Below, one piece after another: positions 10,978-21,959 of a stretch of 64,000 nucleotides of DNA (positions within the stretch are counted from its first letter, which is position 1; each line of letters begins with the position of its first letter). The translations under genes were made by a program, and so were the position numbers. Source of the DNA: Limisphaerales bacterium (lineage in GTDB: Bacteria > Verrucomicrobiota > Verrucomicrobiia > Limisphaerales > AAA164-E04). Location: contig OZ241891.1 in the NCBI GenBank assembly GCA_965203425.1, positions 809,310 to 873,309 on the forward strand, in the 5' to 3' direction. The notes below the pieces were generated by a model. The model searched no databases and was not told the DNA's origin. It worked only from the letters and a program-made list of their open reading frames with translations.

Positions 10978-12138
10978 TTACTCGCTTTCTGAGGAAGTAG
11001 GCGTTTCTTGCGCTGGCTCTTCGGCTTGGCGGGCTTTTGTGCGTTCTTTGCGCTGGCGTTCTCGCTCCATCTCTTTGAAGACGGGATTGCGCTCCATCTC
11101 TTCTCTATAGCGCCGCTCGTGTTCTTGCTGCGCTCGCTGTTTTCTATCCTGTTTGATTAGCTGGTTGTATTGTGTAGCTACCTCTTTCTCATGGCTGTCC
11201 GGCTCTCTCGCCCAAGCTTCCGCCGCCGCCGCCATTTCTTCGTCAATCTTTTTGAGTTCTTCAATCAAAGGCGCGTCTAAGTCTTGATAGCGTTGTTCTT
11301 TGGCGGCGGCGATTTTCTCTTGAATCCAGCTTTCGTCATCGGGGTTGTCAAGGGGGATGCCGATGGTTTGAGCGGTTTGCTCGATCCATTGGATATGATC
11401 GGCGTGCCAGTTGGGATCTGCGGGGTCGCCTTGGTTGAGTTCTGTTTGAGAGAAGTTGCGGCGATCTCGCAAGAAAGCGGCCACTTCCTGCCAAGGTTCG
11501 GGGTCTGTTTCCCAGCCGGTTTGGATTTTGTTGATCGCATCTTGCGCCTTTGCTTCGGCAATGGTGGCGGTGCTGTTAGGCAGGTCTTGAGGACGAACTA
11601 CATTTCTGTTTAATGTGCGCTCGAATTTTTCCCACATGGCATCCCAAGCCTCATCGCTTCGCCGGCTTGTTTGTCTGGAAATCCAATCGTCCAAGTCGGC
11701 TACGGCCCGGAAGTCTGGATTCGTTTTGTACTTGGCTATTTGTCTCTTGTCGTACCAATCTTCTATCTCGTCCGAACTATCTTGGTATCTTTCCATCCAG
11801 TTGCCGCTTGGGCTGTTGTGATAGGCTTCTTGCTTTTTCCGATAGGCTTCGTTTTCTGCCTCTAATGCTTTGAATTCTTCTTCGGATAAAGGCTCGATCT
11901 CTGAAGTGGATTGCCTTCGCATTCCGGCAAAGGGATCGATTGGTTTCTCCATCTCTGAATCAACCGTTGTTTCTTGGTTTGAGGCTGGCAGTTTGTTGGC
12001 GGCGGTTGAGGTTTCTTCTTTGCCATCCAATTGCGCCAGCCAGAAGATTCCTACCAGCGCCGCCAAACCAATCCCAATAATCACGTAGCTTTGTTTTCTC
12101 ATCGTCAAAGATTCCTTTCCTGCTTTGTTTTCGGTCAT
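10978..12138 (-). CDS. Hypothetical acidic helical protein with N-terminal membrane anchor
   Basis: 386-aa ORF; TM YVIIGIGLAALVGIFWLA; E/D/Q-rich; starts 3 nt after the upstream gene's stop. Confidence 0.75.
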   Translation of the reverse strand: MTENKAGKESLTMRKQSYVIIGIGLAALVGIFWLAQLDGKEETSTAANKLPASNQETTVDSEMEKPIDPFAGMRRQSTSEIEPLSEEEFKALEAENEAYRKKQEAYHNSPSGNWMERYQDSSDEIEDWYDKRQIAKYKTNPDFRAVADLDDWISRQTSRRSDEAWDAMWEKFERTLNRNVVRPQDLPNSTATIAEAKAQDAINKIQTGWETDPEPWQEVAAFLRDRRNFSQTELNQGDPADPNWHADHIQWIEQTAQTIGIPLDNPDDESWIQEKIAAAKEQRYQDLDAPLIEELKKIDEEMAAAAEAWAREPDSHEKEVATQYNQLIKQDRKQRAQQEHERRYREEMERNPVFKEMERERQRKERTKARQAEEPAQETPTSSESE

Positions 12139-12141
12139 TTC

Positions 12142-12840
12142 TTAGTCGTCGTCTCCTTCGTTGTCAAGACAATCTCCGTAATGAGCATCTAGTGCCTCAT
12201 TTTCTTTTCGATGTTTTTCGTTCGCCCACTTGACCATTTTTTCCCACCAATCGCGAATTTTGCCCAAATCATCGACCAACTCGTAAATTTGTTGCCGCAA
12301 ATCATGCATAGCCTTTCTGTGCTTTTTGACTAAATCGTCCAATTGCTTTAGCCGCGGATCATTGACGTTAGGGTAGAGACGAAAATACAGATCCATTTTC
12401 CAGTCTATTGCGCTTATGTATGCCCGCTGGTGGAAATCTATCTGACGCTCTATTCTTTTAATAGCGTCATTGAAAGGTTTGCATTTGGCGTTGTAGGTTC
12501 TTTCGATGGCCTGATAAAAATTCGCCTGCTGATTCTCGAGCATCAATCTTACTGCGTTGTAATACTCGAAACAAGTGAAGGTGCCGGGCGGAACTGGCGG
12601 GAAAGCTGGTTCTGGCACAGGGCCGGGATCGGGCAAATCGGGAAGCTCAGGAATTTCAGCCGATGGTCCGGTGGTTGGGGTTGTCAAGGCAACCGCAATT
12701 ATTGTTGCTATGGCGAGGATCGCCGTTTTTCCGCTGATCGGGGACTGGGATGTCGCCGATTTCACGACTGCTTGGCGGTGCGGGTTGCTTGCTTTGGCTA
12801 CGCGAGCCAACCAGTTCCAATAAAAAGAGGAGTTTTTCAT
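12142..12840 (-). CDS. Hypothetical exported helical-hairpin protein
   Basis: Hydrophobic leader AILAIATIIAVAL, Pro-rich linker, long helices bracketed by CFEYYN and YGDCLD; ORF track start 12897. Confidence 0.7.
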   Translation of the reverse strand: MKNSSFYWNWLARVAKASNPHRQAVVKSATSQSPISGKTAILAIATIIAVALTTPTTGPSAEIPELPDLPDPGPVPEPAFPPVPPGTFTCFEYYNAVRLMLENQQANFYQAIERTYNAKCKPFNDAIKRIERQIDFHQRAYISAIDWKMDLYFRLYPNVNDPRLKQLDDLVKKHRKAMHDLRQQIYELVDDLGKIRDWWEKMVKWANEKHRKENEALDAHYGDCLDNEGDDD

Positions 12841-13203
12841 ATCGTCGAATAAATACACTGTTGTTCTTTCTGATCCGTGGCCGTCAGGCCTGACCAATTA
12901 TTCTCTGTCGGAAAAAAACGCGAAGAACTCCGCCTGTTTGCCGAAGCAACAGGGAAGGAGCATATCGGCTCTCCCAAGTCAAAAATCAAACTATGACATC
13001 TGAGCGGGAGACCCGATTTTCACGGAAACCCACATCAGAAAATAATCGGTCAAGAGCGAGAAAATCACAAAGCAACTTCGCGCGCAAGCTTTTTTCTCGA
13101 TATTCCAAAGAAAAGTTTTGGTTGGAAAAGTGCGATTTTTCTTTGTTATTTCGATGTTTTGAGATTTTTGAGACATCGCCTGGGAAGTTTTTCATTTTTT
13201 TTC

Positions 13204-13240
13204 TTGCCGTGGATTGCCGCGGATTGCCGTGGATTGGCGG
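13204..13240. repeat. 10-bp tandem repeat (TTGCCGYGGA)x3 plus a degenerate copy
   Basis: ttgccgtgga ttgccgcgga ttgccgtgga ttggcgg read directly. Confidence 0.8.
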
Positions 13241-13302
13241 AGTTTGGCGAGGGGGTTGGCTTCGGTTTTTGGGGAAGGGTTCTGTATTTTTCAGCATTGG
13301 TT

Positions 13303-15033
13303 TTATTTTGCGTTGGGGAGGAGGGCGGCGGCGTGTTTTCTGGCGGCGGGGATTTTGCCGCCGAGCATGCGGGCAAGTTCGTCGATGCGTTGTTTGGTTT
13401 TTAGGGGGTGGACTTGGGTGTGGGTGCGGTTGTTTTGGGTGGTTTTGGCGACTTGGAGGTGGTGGTTGGCGTTGGCGGCTACGGGGGCGAGGTGGGTGAT
13501 GCAGAGGATTTGTCGGCGGTTGGCGAGGTGTCGCATTTTTTGGCCGACGGCGTGGGCAGTTTCGCCGCCGATGTTGGCGTCCACTTCGTCGAAGATGAGG
13601 AGGGGGATGTGGTCTTGGGCTGTGAGGACGGTTTTGAGGGCGAGCATAACACGGGCGATTTCGCCGGAGGAAGCGATTTTTTTAAGAGGGTGGAGGGGTT
13701 CGCCGGGGTTGGGGCCGAAGAGGAATTCGATGCGTTCGGCGCCGGCGGGGCGGAGGCGGGCGGTTTCTTCGCTGTTCTTTGGTTCGACGGGTTGGTGGGG
13801 GATGAGTTGGACTTCGAATCGTCCGTTGGGGAAGCCGAGGTCTTTGAGTTGTTTTCGGGCGGCTTTGGAGAGGGATTTGCCTTTTTGGGTGCGGGCGGCG
13901 GTGAGTTTTCGGGCGCTGGCGATGAGTTCTGTTTTCAGTTGGGCGATTTGGCGGTCGATTTGTTGGACTTCGGTGTCTCTGGATTCAAGGGATTTTAGTT
14001 TTTGGCGGGCTTGGTTTCCGAATTGGATGATTTCTTGGATGGTGGATCCGTATTTGCGTTTGAGGGTTTGGAGTCGGTTGATTTGTTCTTCGAGTTCTGC
14101 GAGGTGGTTGGGGTCAATGTGGATGGTGTCTAGGTAGAGGGAGAGTTGGGTTTGCCAGTCGTGGGTTTGTTCGGCGAGTTGGGCGTGGGTGTCGGCGAGG
14201 GGTTGGGTTTGGGGGTCGAGTTGGGTGAGTTGACGGAGTTCTCGGCCAATTTGGGCGAGGGCGTCGGTGAGGGAGGGGTTGGTTGTTGGTTCTCCGCTGT
14301 TCCAGTTGCTTTCTGGGTTGCCGAGGGTGTTGAGGATGGTTTGTCCGAGTTGGCAGATTTGAGCGGCGCTTTGGGCGCGCTGGTAGTTGTTTTCGAGGGT
14401 TTGTTCGTCGAGGCGGGCAAGTTGGGCCTCGTCGATTTCCCGGGTTTGGAAGCGAAGGAGGTCTATTTGGCGGGCGCGGGCTTGTTCGTCGGCGAGGATG
14501 GTTTGTTTTTGATGGAGTAGGGTTTTCCATTGAGTAAATTGCTGGGTGTAGGCGAGTCGGTCGGCGGTGATGCCGGCGAATTCGTCTAGAAGTTCGAGTT
14601 GTTTTTGGTTGTGGAAGAGGGATTGGTGGTCGTGGGGTCCGTGGATGTCGACGAGGTGTTGGCCGAGTGTTTCGAGAGTGGAGAGGGAGGCGGGGGAGTG
14701 GTTGACGAATTGGCGGTTGTTGCCGGCGGTGGTTACGGTGCGGCGAAGGAGAAGTTGGTTGTTTTCGCAAGGTTCGAGGCCGTTTTTGGCGAGGAAAGTT
14801 TCGATAGTTGTGTTGAGGAAGGAGATGTCGAAGATGGCTTCAATGGCGCAGTTTTCGGCGCCGGCGCGGATTAGTTTGCGGTCGGCGCGTTGTCCGAGGA
14901 GCAGGCTGAGTGCGCCGATGATGAGGGATTTGCCGGCGCCGGTTTCTCCCGTTAGGGTGGTGAAGCCTGCCTCGAATTCAAGAGTGACGTCGTCCGCCAA
15001 TCCGAAGTTTTTGATGCGAAGCGCGGTAAGCAT
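13303..15033 (-). CDS. recN: DNA repair protein RecN
   Basis: TGETGAGKS, DIHGPHDHQ, ASSGEIARVMLA, IFDEVDANIGG. Confidence 0.96.
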   Translation of the reverse strand: MLTALRIKNFGLADDVTLEFEAGFTTLTGETGAGKSLIIGALSLLLGQRADRKLIRAGAENCAIEAIFDISFLNTTIETFLAKNGLEPCENNQLLLRRTVTTAGNNRQFVNHSPASLSTLETLGQHLVDIHGPHDHQSLFHNQKQLELLDEFAGITADRLAYTQQFTQWKTLLHQKQTILADEQARARQIDLLRFQTREIDEAQLARLDEQTLENNYQRAQSAAQICQLGQTILNTLGNPESNWNSGEPTTNPSLTDALAQIGRELRQLTQLDPQTQPLADTHAQLAEQTHDWQTQLSLYLDTIHIDPNHLAELEEQINRLQTLKRKYGSTIQEIIQFGNQARQKLKSLESRDTEVQQIDRQIAQLKTELIASARKLTAARTQKGKSLSKAARKQLKDLGFPNGRFEVQLIPHQPVEPKNSEETARLRPAGAERIEFLFGPNPGEPLHPLKKIASSGEIARVMLALKTVLTAQDHIPLLIFDEVDANIGGETAHAVGQKMRHLANRRQILCITHLAPVAANANHHLQVAKTTQNNRTHTQVHPLKTKQRIDELARMLGGKIPAARKHAAALLPNAK

Positions 15034-15139
15034 GGAAAAAGATGAATCCGGGAAACAATTTTATGTTATGTTGACAGGCAGTTTTACCGAGCGGTGAAGT
15101 TCAATCAATCTAAATCCGGCCAACGGCAAAAATCATCGC

Positions 15140-15922
15140 ATGGCGTTTCGATTTATTTTTTTGGGAAGCGGCACTTCCCAAGGCGTGCCGATCATCGGCG
15201 CGGATTATCCGCCGAAGTTTTTGGCGAATCCCAAGAATCATCGAACGAGGTCGTCGATTTATGTGGAGACGGATCATGTTCGGTTGGTGGTGGACACAAC
15301 GCCGGAGTTTCGCTTGCAGATGCTCCGCGAAAAGATTCGGCGATTGGACGCCGTGCTGATTACCCACGGGCATGCCGATCACATTATGGGGATGGATGAC
15401 TGCCGGCGGTTTTGCGAGATGCAAAATTGCCGGATGCCGCTTTACGCCAATGCGGAAACTATGGAGGCCGTTCGGCGGGTGTTTGCCTACGCATTCAAGC
15501 CGAGGCGAAGGTGGCGGGGATATTTTTATCCGGACCCGAAAATCGTGGATGGACCTTTTGAAGTGGGGGATTTGAGGATCACCCCTATTCCGCTTTCTCA
15601 CGGGCGGATGACGGTTTTGGGCTATTTGTTTTGCCAACAAGGAAAGCCGAAGCTGGCCTACTTGACGGATTGTCGAGAAGTCCCGGAAGCCGCCTTCCCG
15701 CAACTGCATAGCCTTCCCGCGCTGGTGCTGGACGCTCTTCGCAAGAGGCCGCATCCAACGCACATGTCTTTGGACGAAGCGCTGGCGGCCTCCCGCCGCA
15801 TTCGGGCGGAACAGACTTGGCTGACGCATTTGACGCACGACTACGATCACGACGTGGATCAAGCGGAACTTCCGTCAACCGTGGCTTTGGCCTACGATGG
15901 CCTTCAAGTGAGCCTGACTTGA
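15140..15922 (+). CDS. MBL-fold metallo-hydrolase (PhnP-like)
   Basis: [26 protein letters not shown] motifs. Confidence 0.9.
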   Translation: MAFRFIFLGSGTSQGVPIIGADYPPKFLANPKNHRTRSSIYVETDHVRLVVDTTPEFRLQMLREKIRRLDAVLITHGHADHIMGMDDCRRFCEMQNCRMPLYANAETMEAVRRVFAYAFKPRRRWRGYFYPDPKIVDGPFEVGDLRITPIPLSHGRMTVLGYLFCQQGKPKLAYLTDCREVPEAAFPQLHSLPALVLDALRKRPHPTHMSLDEALAASRRIRAEQTWLTHLTHDYDHDVDQAELPSTVALAYDGLQVSLT

Positions 15923-16073
15923 TTTTTTGCTTCCTTTGCGCAAAAATTGGAAAATCGATTCGGCAAACGCAACCAATAGCGCAGAAATGCCTTGACCAGA
16001 CAAAACGTTCCTCTTCTTAATCAAGCGCCGACCGCGCCGCTGTTGAAATGTTGAAAACGAGAGAGTTGATTGG

Positions 16074-17774
16074 ATGTTGAATAGGAAAATCGCTTTGAAA
16101 GAATGGAAAAACATGCCGTTAACGGTAGCCGTCGCGTCGTTGAGTGGCGCGCTTTTGGGCAATTCTGTCCCAGCAAGCGAGTCTGCGGAGAGTGAGTCCG
16201 TGGTCGTCGTTTTCAACCAAAACCTTCCCGATTCGGAATCCGTCGCCCAACACTACGCAACCAAACGCCGCATTCCCAAAGATCAGATTCTTGGCTTGGA
16301 CTTGCCAGACAAAGAAACCGTTTCCCGCGCGGTCTTCCAAAAAAAGTTGCAAGGTCCGTTGGCGGCAATTTTTCGGAAACGGGGTTGGTTTGAGTTTGAA
16401 GACGTAGTGAAGGAAAAAGCGGAGGAAGCCGTTCCCAAAGTCAAAAAATCTTCCATCCGCTACCTGACGCTGTGTTATGGAGTACCGCTTCGGATTCAAT
16501 CTGACCGAACAATTCAGGAGGAGGGAATGGAGGAACTTCCGCCCGAAATGCGGCGAAACCAAGCGGCGGTGGACAGCGAATTGGCAACACTCCCCAACCC
16601 CTTGAAGTTGTACGGCTGGCGTCCCAATCCGGTTTACGGGACGACCAACTCGCTGGTAATCCGGCCGGAAAAGGGGATTTTGATGGTGGCTAGACTGGAC
16701 GGCCCCTCGCCGCAAATTGCCAAACGACTCGTGGACAAAGCCATCGCTGCGGAACAAGACGGCCTTTGGGGACGGGCTTACTTCGACCTGCGCGGATTGG
16801 AGAGCGGAGAGTATAAACTGGGCGACGACTGGATTGCCCACGCGGCTGCCCTCAGCCGGCATCTTGGTTTTGAAACCTATGAAGACCGAAAGCCCGAGAC
16901 CTTCCCTGAAACCTTGCCGATCAGCCACGCGGCTTTGTATGCCGGTTGGTATGACGCCCACGTCTCCGGCCCTTTTCGTCGGGAAAAGGTTGAGTTTATG
17001 CCGGGCGCTGTTGCCTATCATCTGCATTCTTACAGCGCGCTGACCATCCGCTCGAAAACCGAACGTTGGGTGGGGCCTTTGCTGGAAGCGGGCGCAACCG
17101 CCACAATGGGCTGCGTTTACGAACCTTATTTAGCACTGTCGCCGCAGCTGCATATTTTCTTTGAAAGCCTATTTCGCGGCTTCAGTTTTGGAGAGGCTGC
17201 ATACGCCTCCCAACTAGCAATCTCTTGGCAGACGACAGTGGTTGGCGATCCGCTTTATCGTCCCTTTGCCAATCTGCCCGCTCTTCAGGCAAAGCTGCAA
17301 CGCGAAAACAGCCCTTTGATCGAATGGCTAATCCTGCTGAACATCAACCGGGCCATCGCCGGCCAAATATCGATGGACCAAATTCTTGAGTCCATCAAGA
17401 ACGACGCCGATGTTCAAAAGAAAATTCAAAAGAGCGCAGTGCTAACCGAGAAATTGGGGGACCTGCACTATGAGCAAGAAAAGCGCGCCGAATCCACCCG
17501 CCTTTATCGGGAAGCGCTGCAACGAAAGCCATCGCCGCAGCAAGATCTTCGAATTGGCCAACGCTTGGCGACGCTTCTTCAGCAAACCGACAAAGAAGCC
17601 GAAGCCGTTTCCGTGTATTTGAACCTGATCGAACGGCATCCGTATTCCGCCGGCAAAACCGAAATGTTGCGCAAAGCCCGAAACCTTGCCGAAAAACTAG
17701 ATTTGCGGGAGAAACTTCGCGAAATACAACGACTCTCCGCCGATGAGGAAAAAACCAAATCCGCCGCTCAATGA
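16074..17774 (+). CDS. TIGR03790-family protein with TPR-like tail
   Basis: AAVDSELA, VARLDGP, YAGWY, PGAVAYHLHSYSA, GCVYEPYL, GDPLYRPF. Confidence 0.85.
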   Translation: MLNRKIALKEWKNMPLTVAVASLSGALLGNSVPASESAESESVVVVFNQNLPDSESVAQHYATKRRIPKDQILGLDLPDKETVSRAVFQKKLQGPLAAIFRKRGWFEFEDVVKEKAEEAVPKVKKSSIRYLTLCYGVPLRIQSDRTIQEEGMEELPPEMRRNQAAVDSELATLPNPLKLYGWRPNPVYGTTNSLVIRPEKGILMVARLDGPSPQIAKRLVDKAIAAEQDGLWGRAYFDLRGLESGEYKLGDDWIAHAAALSRHLGFETYEDRKPETFPETLPISHAALYAGWYDAHVSGPFRREKVEFMPGAVAYHLHSYSALTIRSKTERWVGPLLEAGATATMGCVYEPYLALSPQLHIFFESLFRGFSFGEAAYASQLAISWQTTVVGDPLYRPFANLPALQAKLQRENSPLIEWLILLNINRAIAGQISMDQILESIKNDADVQKKIQKSAVLTEKLGDLHYEQEKRAESTRLYREALQRKPSPQQDLRIGQRLATLLQQTDKEAEAVSVYLNLIERHPYSAGKTEMLRKARNLAEKLDLREKLREIQRLSADEEKTKSAAQ

Positions 17775-17838
17775 AGATAAGCCGGCAGGAGGCAACTGAA
17801 CCTGCGGCCTCTTTGATTTTCGTTTCTCATTTCGGACG

Positions 17839-19020
17839 ATGGAAAATTTCGATTCCCGGCGCGATTTTGCGGCAGTTTTGGCTCGTTTGATGGATCAAGA
17901 GGCGGATCAAGGCTTTGATTCCTCCGCACTGGATGATCGCGCTTTTGGACGACTGGCCATCGCCTTGTTTCGGCTACAAGTTCAATCCAATGAGTGTTAT
18001 CGGCGCTTTGTCGAGTATTTGGCAAAATCCAAGCCCAAAACGCCTGCGTTCCTGACAAGTCAAAAGGCGAATTGGCGGCAGATTCCCTGCGTTCCCACTT
18101 CGGCGTTCAAAGAGTTTGAGATTACTTCCCTGCCGAAGGCTCAACGATCTTTCGTGTTTCAATCCAGCAGAACCTCAGGGCAAAATCCAAGCCGGCACTT
18201 TCATTCCAAAGACTCTCTCGCTCTCTACGAAAAAAGCCTCGCCCATTGGTTTTTCCATCATTTTCCGCCGGCGAATCCAGAGACCGAAAGGCTTTTCATC
18301 TTGACTCCGCCGCCGATTGAAACGCCGAATTCCTCCCTCGTTCACATGTTGGAAACCGTGCGTAGGTGGCAAGGTTTTCCAAAGTCTGTTTTCTACGGCC
18401 GATTAATTACTGGCGAAAAATGGGGAGTGGATGCGGACCGGTTGCTGATAGACTTGCGCCAAGCCAGCCGCCGAAATTCTCCCGCCGCATTGCTGGGGAC
18501 CGCCTTCAACTTCGTGCAATTGCTGGACGCTCTGGGCGCAAGCCGCCAGACGCTGTCTTTGCCACCGGGAAGCCGGCTTCTGGAAACCGGAGGATACAAA
18601 GGACGAACCCGCGAGCTGACAAAAGCCGCGCTTTATCGCCAACTGGAAGCCTGCTTGGGAATTCCTTGCGGTCGGATGATTTCAGAATACGGGATGAGCG
18701 AATTGTCTTCACAGGCCTATGACGGCCGTCTGGACGCCAAAGATCTTTGCCTTTGCGTTCGTAGTGTCCCGCTGTTGAATCCAGCGAGGCCCTTTCGGTT
18801 TCCGCCGTGGGCGCGTTGCCAAGTAATCGTCCCAGAAACCGGGCAAGAAGCGGAAGAAGGCAAGACGGGGTTGATTCGAGTGTTCGATTTGGCAAACGTC
18901 TGGTCCGTCATGGGATTGCAAACAGAGGACTTGGGACGGCGACTTTCCGGAGGCATAGAACTTTTAGGACGGGCCGCCAATGCGGAAGCGCGAGGTTGCT
19001 CCCTGATGCCAGAAACCTGA
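17839..19020 (+). CDS. LuxE-like acyl-protein synthetase
   Basis: VPTSAFK, FQSSRTSG, ETGGYKGR, EYGMSELSSQAY, QTEDLG, GRA..AEARGCS. Confidence 0.88.
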   Translation: MENFDSRRDFAAVLARLMDQEADQGFDSSALDDRAFGRLAIALFRLQVQSNECYRRFVEYLAKSKPKTPAFLTSQKANWRQIPCVPTSAFKEFEITSLPKAQRSFVFQSSRTSGQNPSRHFHSKDSLALYEKSLAHWFFHHFPPANPETERLFILTPPPIETPNSSLVHMLETVRRWQGFPKSVFYGRLITGEKWGVDADRLLIDLRQASRRNSPAALLGTAFNFVQLLDALGASRQTLSLPPGSRLLETGGYKGRTRELTKAALYRQLEACLGIPCGRMISEYGMSELSSQAYDGRLDAKDLCLCVRSVPLLNPARPFRFPPWARCQVIVPETGQEAEEGKTGLIRVFDLANVWSVMGLQTEDLGRRLSGGIELLGRAANAEARGCSLMPET

Positions 19021-19031
19021 AAGATCAAAAA

Positions 19032-20402
19032 ATGACTCTGGAAAAAATGCCGAATTACTTTTTGGCAGACTTGCCGGAAAAGGCCGTCCTAACGCCGGCA
19101 ATCATCACCCAAGCATGCGACGCCCTGAGGGAAAACCGCCGCTGGTATCTGTTAGAACGTCCAACCGAAAGCCTGTTGCGAACGCTGGGATTGGTGGCCG
19201 AAAAGTGGCTCGACAACGATTACCCGATTCGACGAATGGCTTTGGAACACGGAACGCAACAATCAGGCTTTCCGCTTTCCTCAATTCAAAAAGGCTTGGA
19301 TAACCTGTTCCAAGAGATAACTCCAGAAAACCTCAACCTCCTCCTCTTGCAAGATTTAGGCCACGTCCGGCGTCTCGATTGCCCCAGCTCCGCCGAAGCC
19401 GAAAGCCGCACCAGTCGGAAAAGCTTCGCCGTGGGTCCGGAATTGATCGCTCACATAACCGGCGGCGCCATCCCCAACCCAGCGATCCTCAGCATCACTT
19501 TGGGCTTGCTGACCCGCTCCGCTCAATTCGTCAAGTGCGCACGGCATACTTCCTTCTTGCCGCGACTCTTCGCCCATTCGATTTACGAAACCGACGCCAA
19601 ACTAGGCGCCTGCTTGGAAATTGCTGAATGGAAAGGCGGCGACCAAGCGCTAGAAACCCCGCTCCTGCAAAAAGCCGACTGCGTCACAGCAACAGGAAGC
19701 GACGAAACCATCCAAGCGCTGGAATCTCGATTGCCCCGCCAAACGCGTTTCCTGCCCTACGGACATCGAGTCAGCTTCGCCTACGCCACCAAAACCGGCT
19801 TGGAAAACTGCTCTCTCAAAACGCTGGCAGAGCAAATCGTGGACGACGTGACACTCTGGAATCAAAGCGGCTGCCTGTCGCCCCACATCGTTTACGCCGA
19901 AAAAGGCGCCGCCACCAGCCCAGACCAACTGGCTCAAGCAATTGCCGAAGAACTGGATCGCCGCGAACAATCCGAACCACGCGGCCCAATCAGCAACCAA
20001 GCCGCCGCCATCATCGCCAACCGCCGCCGCCTCTACGAAATTCGAGCGGCCAACAGCCGGGAAACTCTTCTATGGTCAAGCCGCAAATCCACCGCTTGGA
20101 CAGTGATCTTCGACCACGATCCTCGATTCCAAAAAAGCTGCCAAAACCGCTTCCTTTACGTCAAAGCCGTCGACGGACTGACCGACGCTTTAAACGGCGC
20201 CGCCGAAATCTGCGGGCAAGTCTCCTGCGTCGGCTTGTGCGCTTCGACGCATGAAGCCCAATCCCTCGTCAAACAACTTGCTCGCTGGGGAGTAACCCGC
20301 ATTTGCCCCCCGGGCAAAATGCAACAACCTTCCATCGCCTGGCGACACGACGGACGCCTCAGCCTGGGCGATTTAATCATCTGGACAGATTGGGAACTAT
20401 GA
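19032..20402 (+). CDS. LuxC-like acyl-CoA reductase
   Basis: TATGSDETI, YGHRVSF, NQSGCLSPH, GVTRICPPGKMQ.P...WRHDG; ATG 19032 preferred over ORF-track start 18807. Confidence 0.88.
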   Translation: MTLEKMPNYFLADLPEKAVLTPAIITQACDALRENRRWYLLERPTESLLRTLGLVAEKWLDNDYPIRRMALEHGTQQSGFPLSSIQKGLDNLFQEITPENLNLLLLQDLGHVRRLDCPSSAEAESRTSRKSFAVGPELIAHITGGAIPNPAILSITLGLLTRSAQFVKCARHTSFLPRLFAHSIYETDAKLGACLEIAEWKGGDQALETPLLQKADCVTATGSDETIQALESRLPRQTRFLPYGHRVSFAYATKTGLENCSLKTLAEQIVDDVTLWNQSGCLSPHIVYAEKGAATSPDQLAQAIAEELDRREQSEPRGPISNQAAAIIANRRRLYEIRAANSRETLLWSSRKSTAWTVIFDHDPRFQKSCQNRFLYVKAVDGLTDALNGAAEICGQVSCVGLCASTHEAQSLVKQLARWGVTRICPPGKMQQPSIAWRHDGRLSLGDLIIWTDWEL

Positions 20403-20761
20403 AGGTGGAACTGCGAAAAACCTTTCAATTCGAAGCGGCGCACCTGCTCCCCTTCCTCCCCAAAAATCACAAATGCCGGCGCCTGCACGGACACAGCTTC
20501 CAAGTGGAAATCACCGTCGCCGGCGAATGCAATTCCCAGCTAGGCTGGCTCATAGACTACGCAGACATCTCCAAAGCCTTCCAACCCCTGTGGGAACAAC
20601 TCGACCATCGCTATCTCAACGAAATACCAGGCCTGGAAAATCCCACCAGCGAAGTCCTTTCCAAATGGATTTGGGATCGCCTGAAACCCAAACTGCCCCT
20701 GCTTACAACCGTCACCGTCGCCGAAACATGCAACGCCGCCTGCGCCTACCAAGGCGCCTAA
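20399..20761 (+). CDS. queD: 6-carboxy-5,6,7,8-tetrahydropterin synthase
   Basis: FEAAH, CRRLHGHSF, LDHRYLNEIPGLENPTSE; ATGA overlap with the upstream stop. Confidence 0.95.
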   Translation: MKVELRKTFQFEAAHLLPFLPKNHKCRRLHGHSFQVEITVAGECNSQLGWLIDYADISKAFQPLWEQLDHRYLNEIPGLENPTSEVLSKWIWDRLKPKLPLLTTVTVAETCNAACAYQGA

Positions 20762-21959
20762 AGCATATTCCCGCTAACCACAAAGATCTGAAAAGAAAAC
20801 ACAGCGAAATTCCTCCTATCACTCACCTCGTCGCCCCAATGATCCACTGCCAACAAACAAAAACTAACGCCAACCATTCTAACACCAGAAACTAGGATCC
20901 GCTTCCGAACAAGAACTCGCCTCCAGCCATTTTGACGACAAACAAGACAAAGTGGACGAAGAATTTTCCCATCCCAAATCCCCTCTTTTCTCACCAAATT
21001 CACCACCAAGCAACCAACAACTATCAATCGACAAAGCAAAACTTCATGCCTGTTGCAAACTCAACAGCCAACCCCTCCCTCTACAACCTCCCCACCAAGC
21101 CAACCACCATACAACCTTAATTAGCATTCAGCAGTTTGCAATTCAAAAACAGCAAAGTCTTCCCCTTTTTTGCAAAGTCATCGCCCAGTAATTTTCCCTT
21201 TCACATCCCACCTTACTTCTCCCTTTCCCCCTCTCATCCGCATCCCAAAAAAACTCCCTCACTTCTCAACAGCTAGAAACCAGCACGTTCCTAGCCAAGC
21301 ATTCCCAATCGGCAAAACCAATCCCCTAGTTGACACCAAAACCATCGAATTCACTCCGCTCTACTACCAACCACAACCCACCAACAACATAAACACATAT
21401 AAAACCCAATCCCACCTTTGCCATCCCATCCTTCTTCCCAATCACCAACGGCCGTCAAAACCAAAAAATCCCCTGCAAACTCACCTACTCCCCCCAATCC
21501 AATAACCATAAATCCCATCTCCCTCCCCCTTTCCCAATCCACAAACTTTGAAAACCCCAACCACACACATACAACCCGCAAAAAAACACTCCTCCTCTCG
21601 CAAACAACCAACACCAGCCCCCAACGCAATCCATAAAATGACCATTCCTATAAAAACCGCCCTTCGCCACCCGACCAACCCCCAATCCACCCTAACCTTT
21701 CTTCCTCTTTTCCTTCTTTTGCATAGACAACCGCCAGCAACAGAAATTCCTTCACCGCATCATTCATTTCACAACATAGCAATCCCCGCAGAATACCCTC
21801 AACCATCCAACCTTTCCCAAACAACAACCCCAACAACTCAAAACCCACCTCAACCATTGACCATAAAGATTACATAAAAACACCCTCTCACCACTAGTCA
21901 CTCCAACAACGGCTCCTTCCCCCTCACCTAACACCAAACCTCCCAGAAACCCTAACCAA

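Noticed and set aside
17839-20402. Bioluminescence operon
   Set aside because: No luxA/luxB/luxD in the window; stand-alone luxCE-like pairs occur in non-luminous bacteria.
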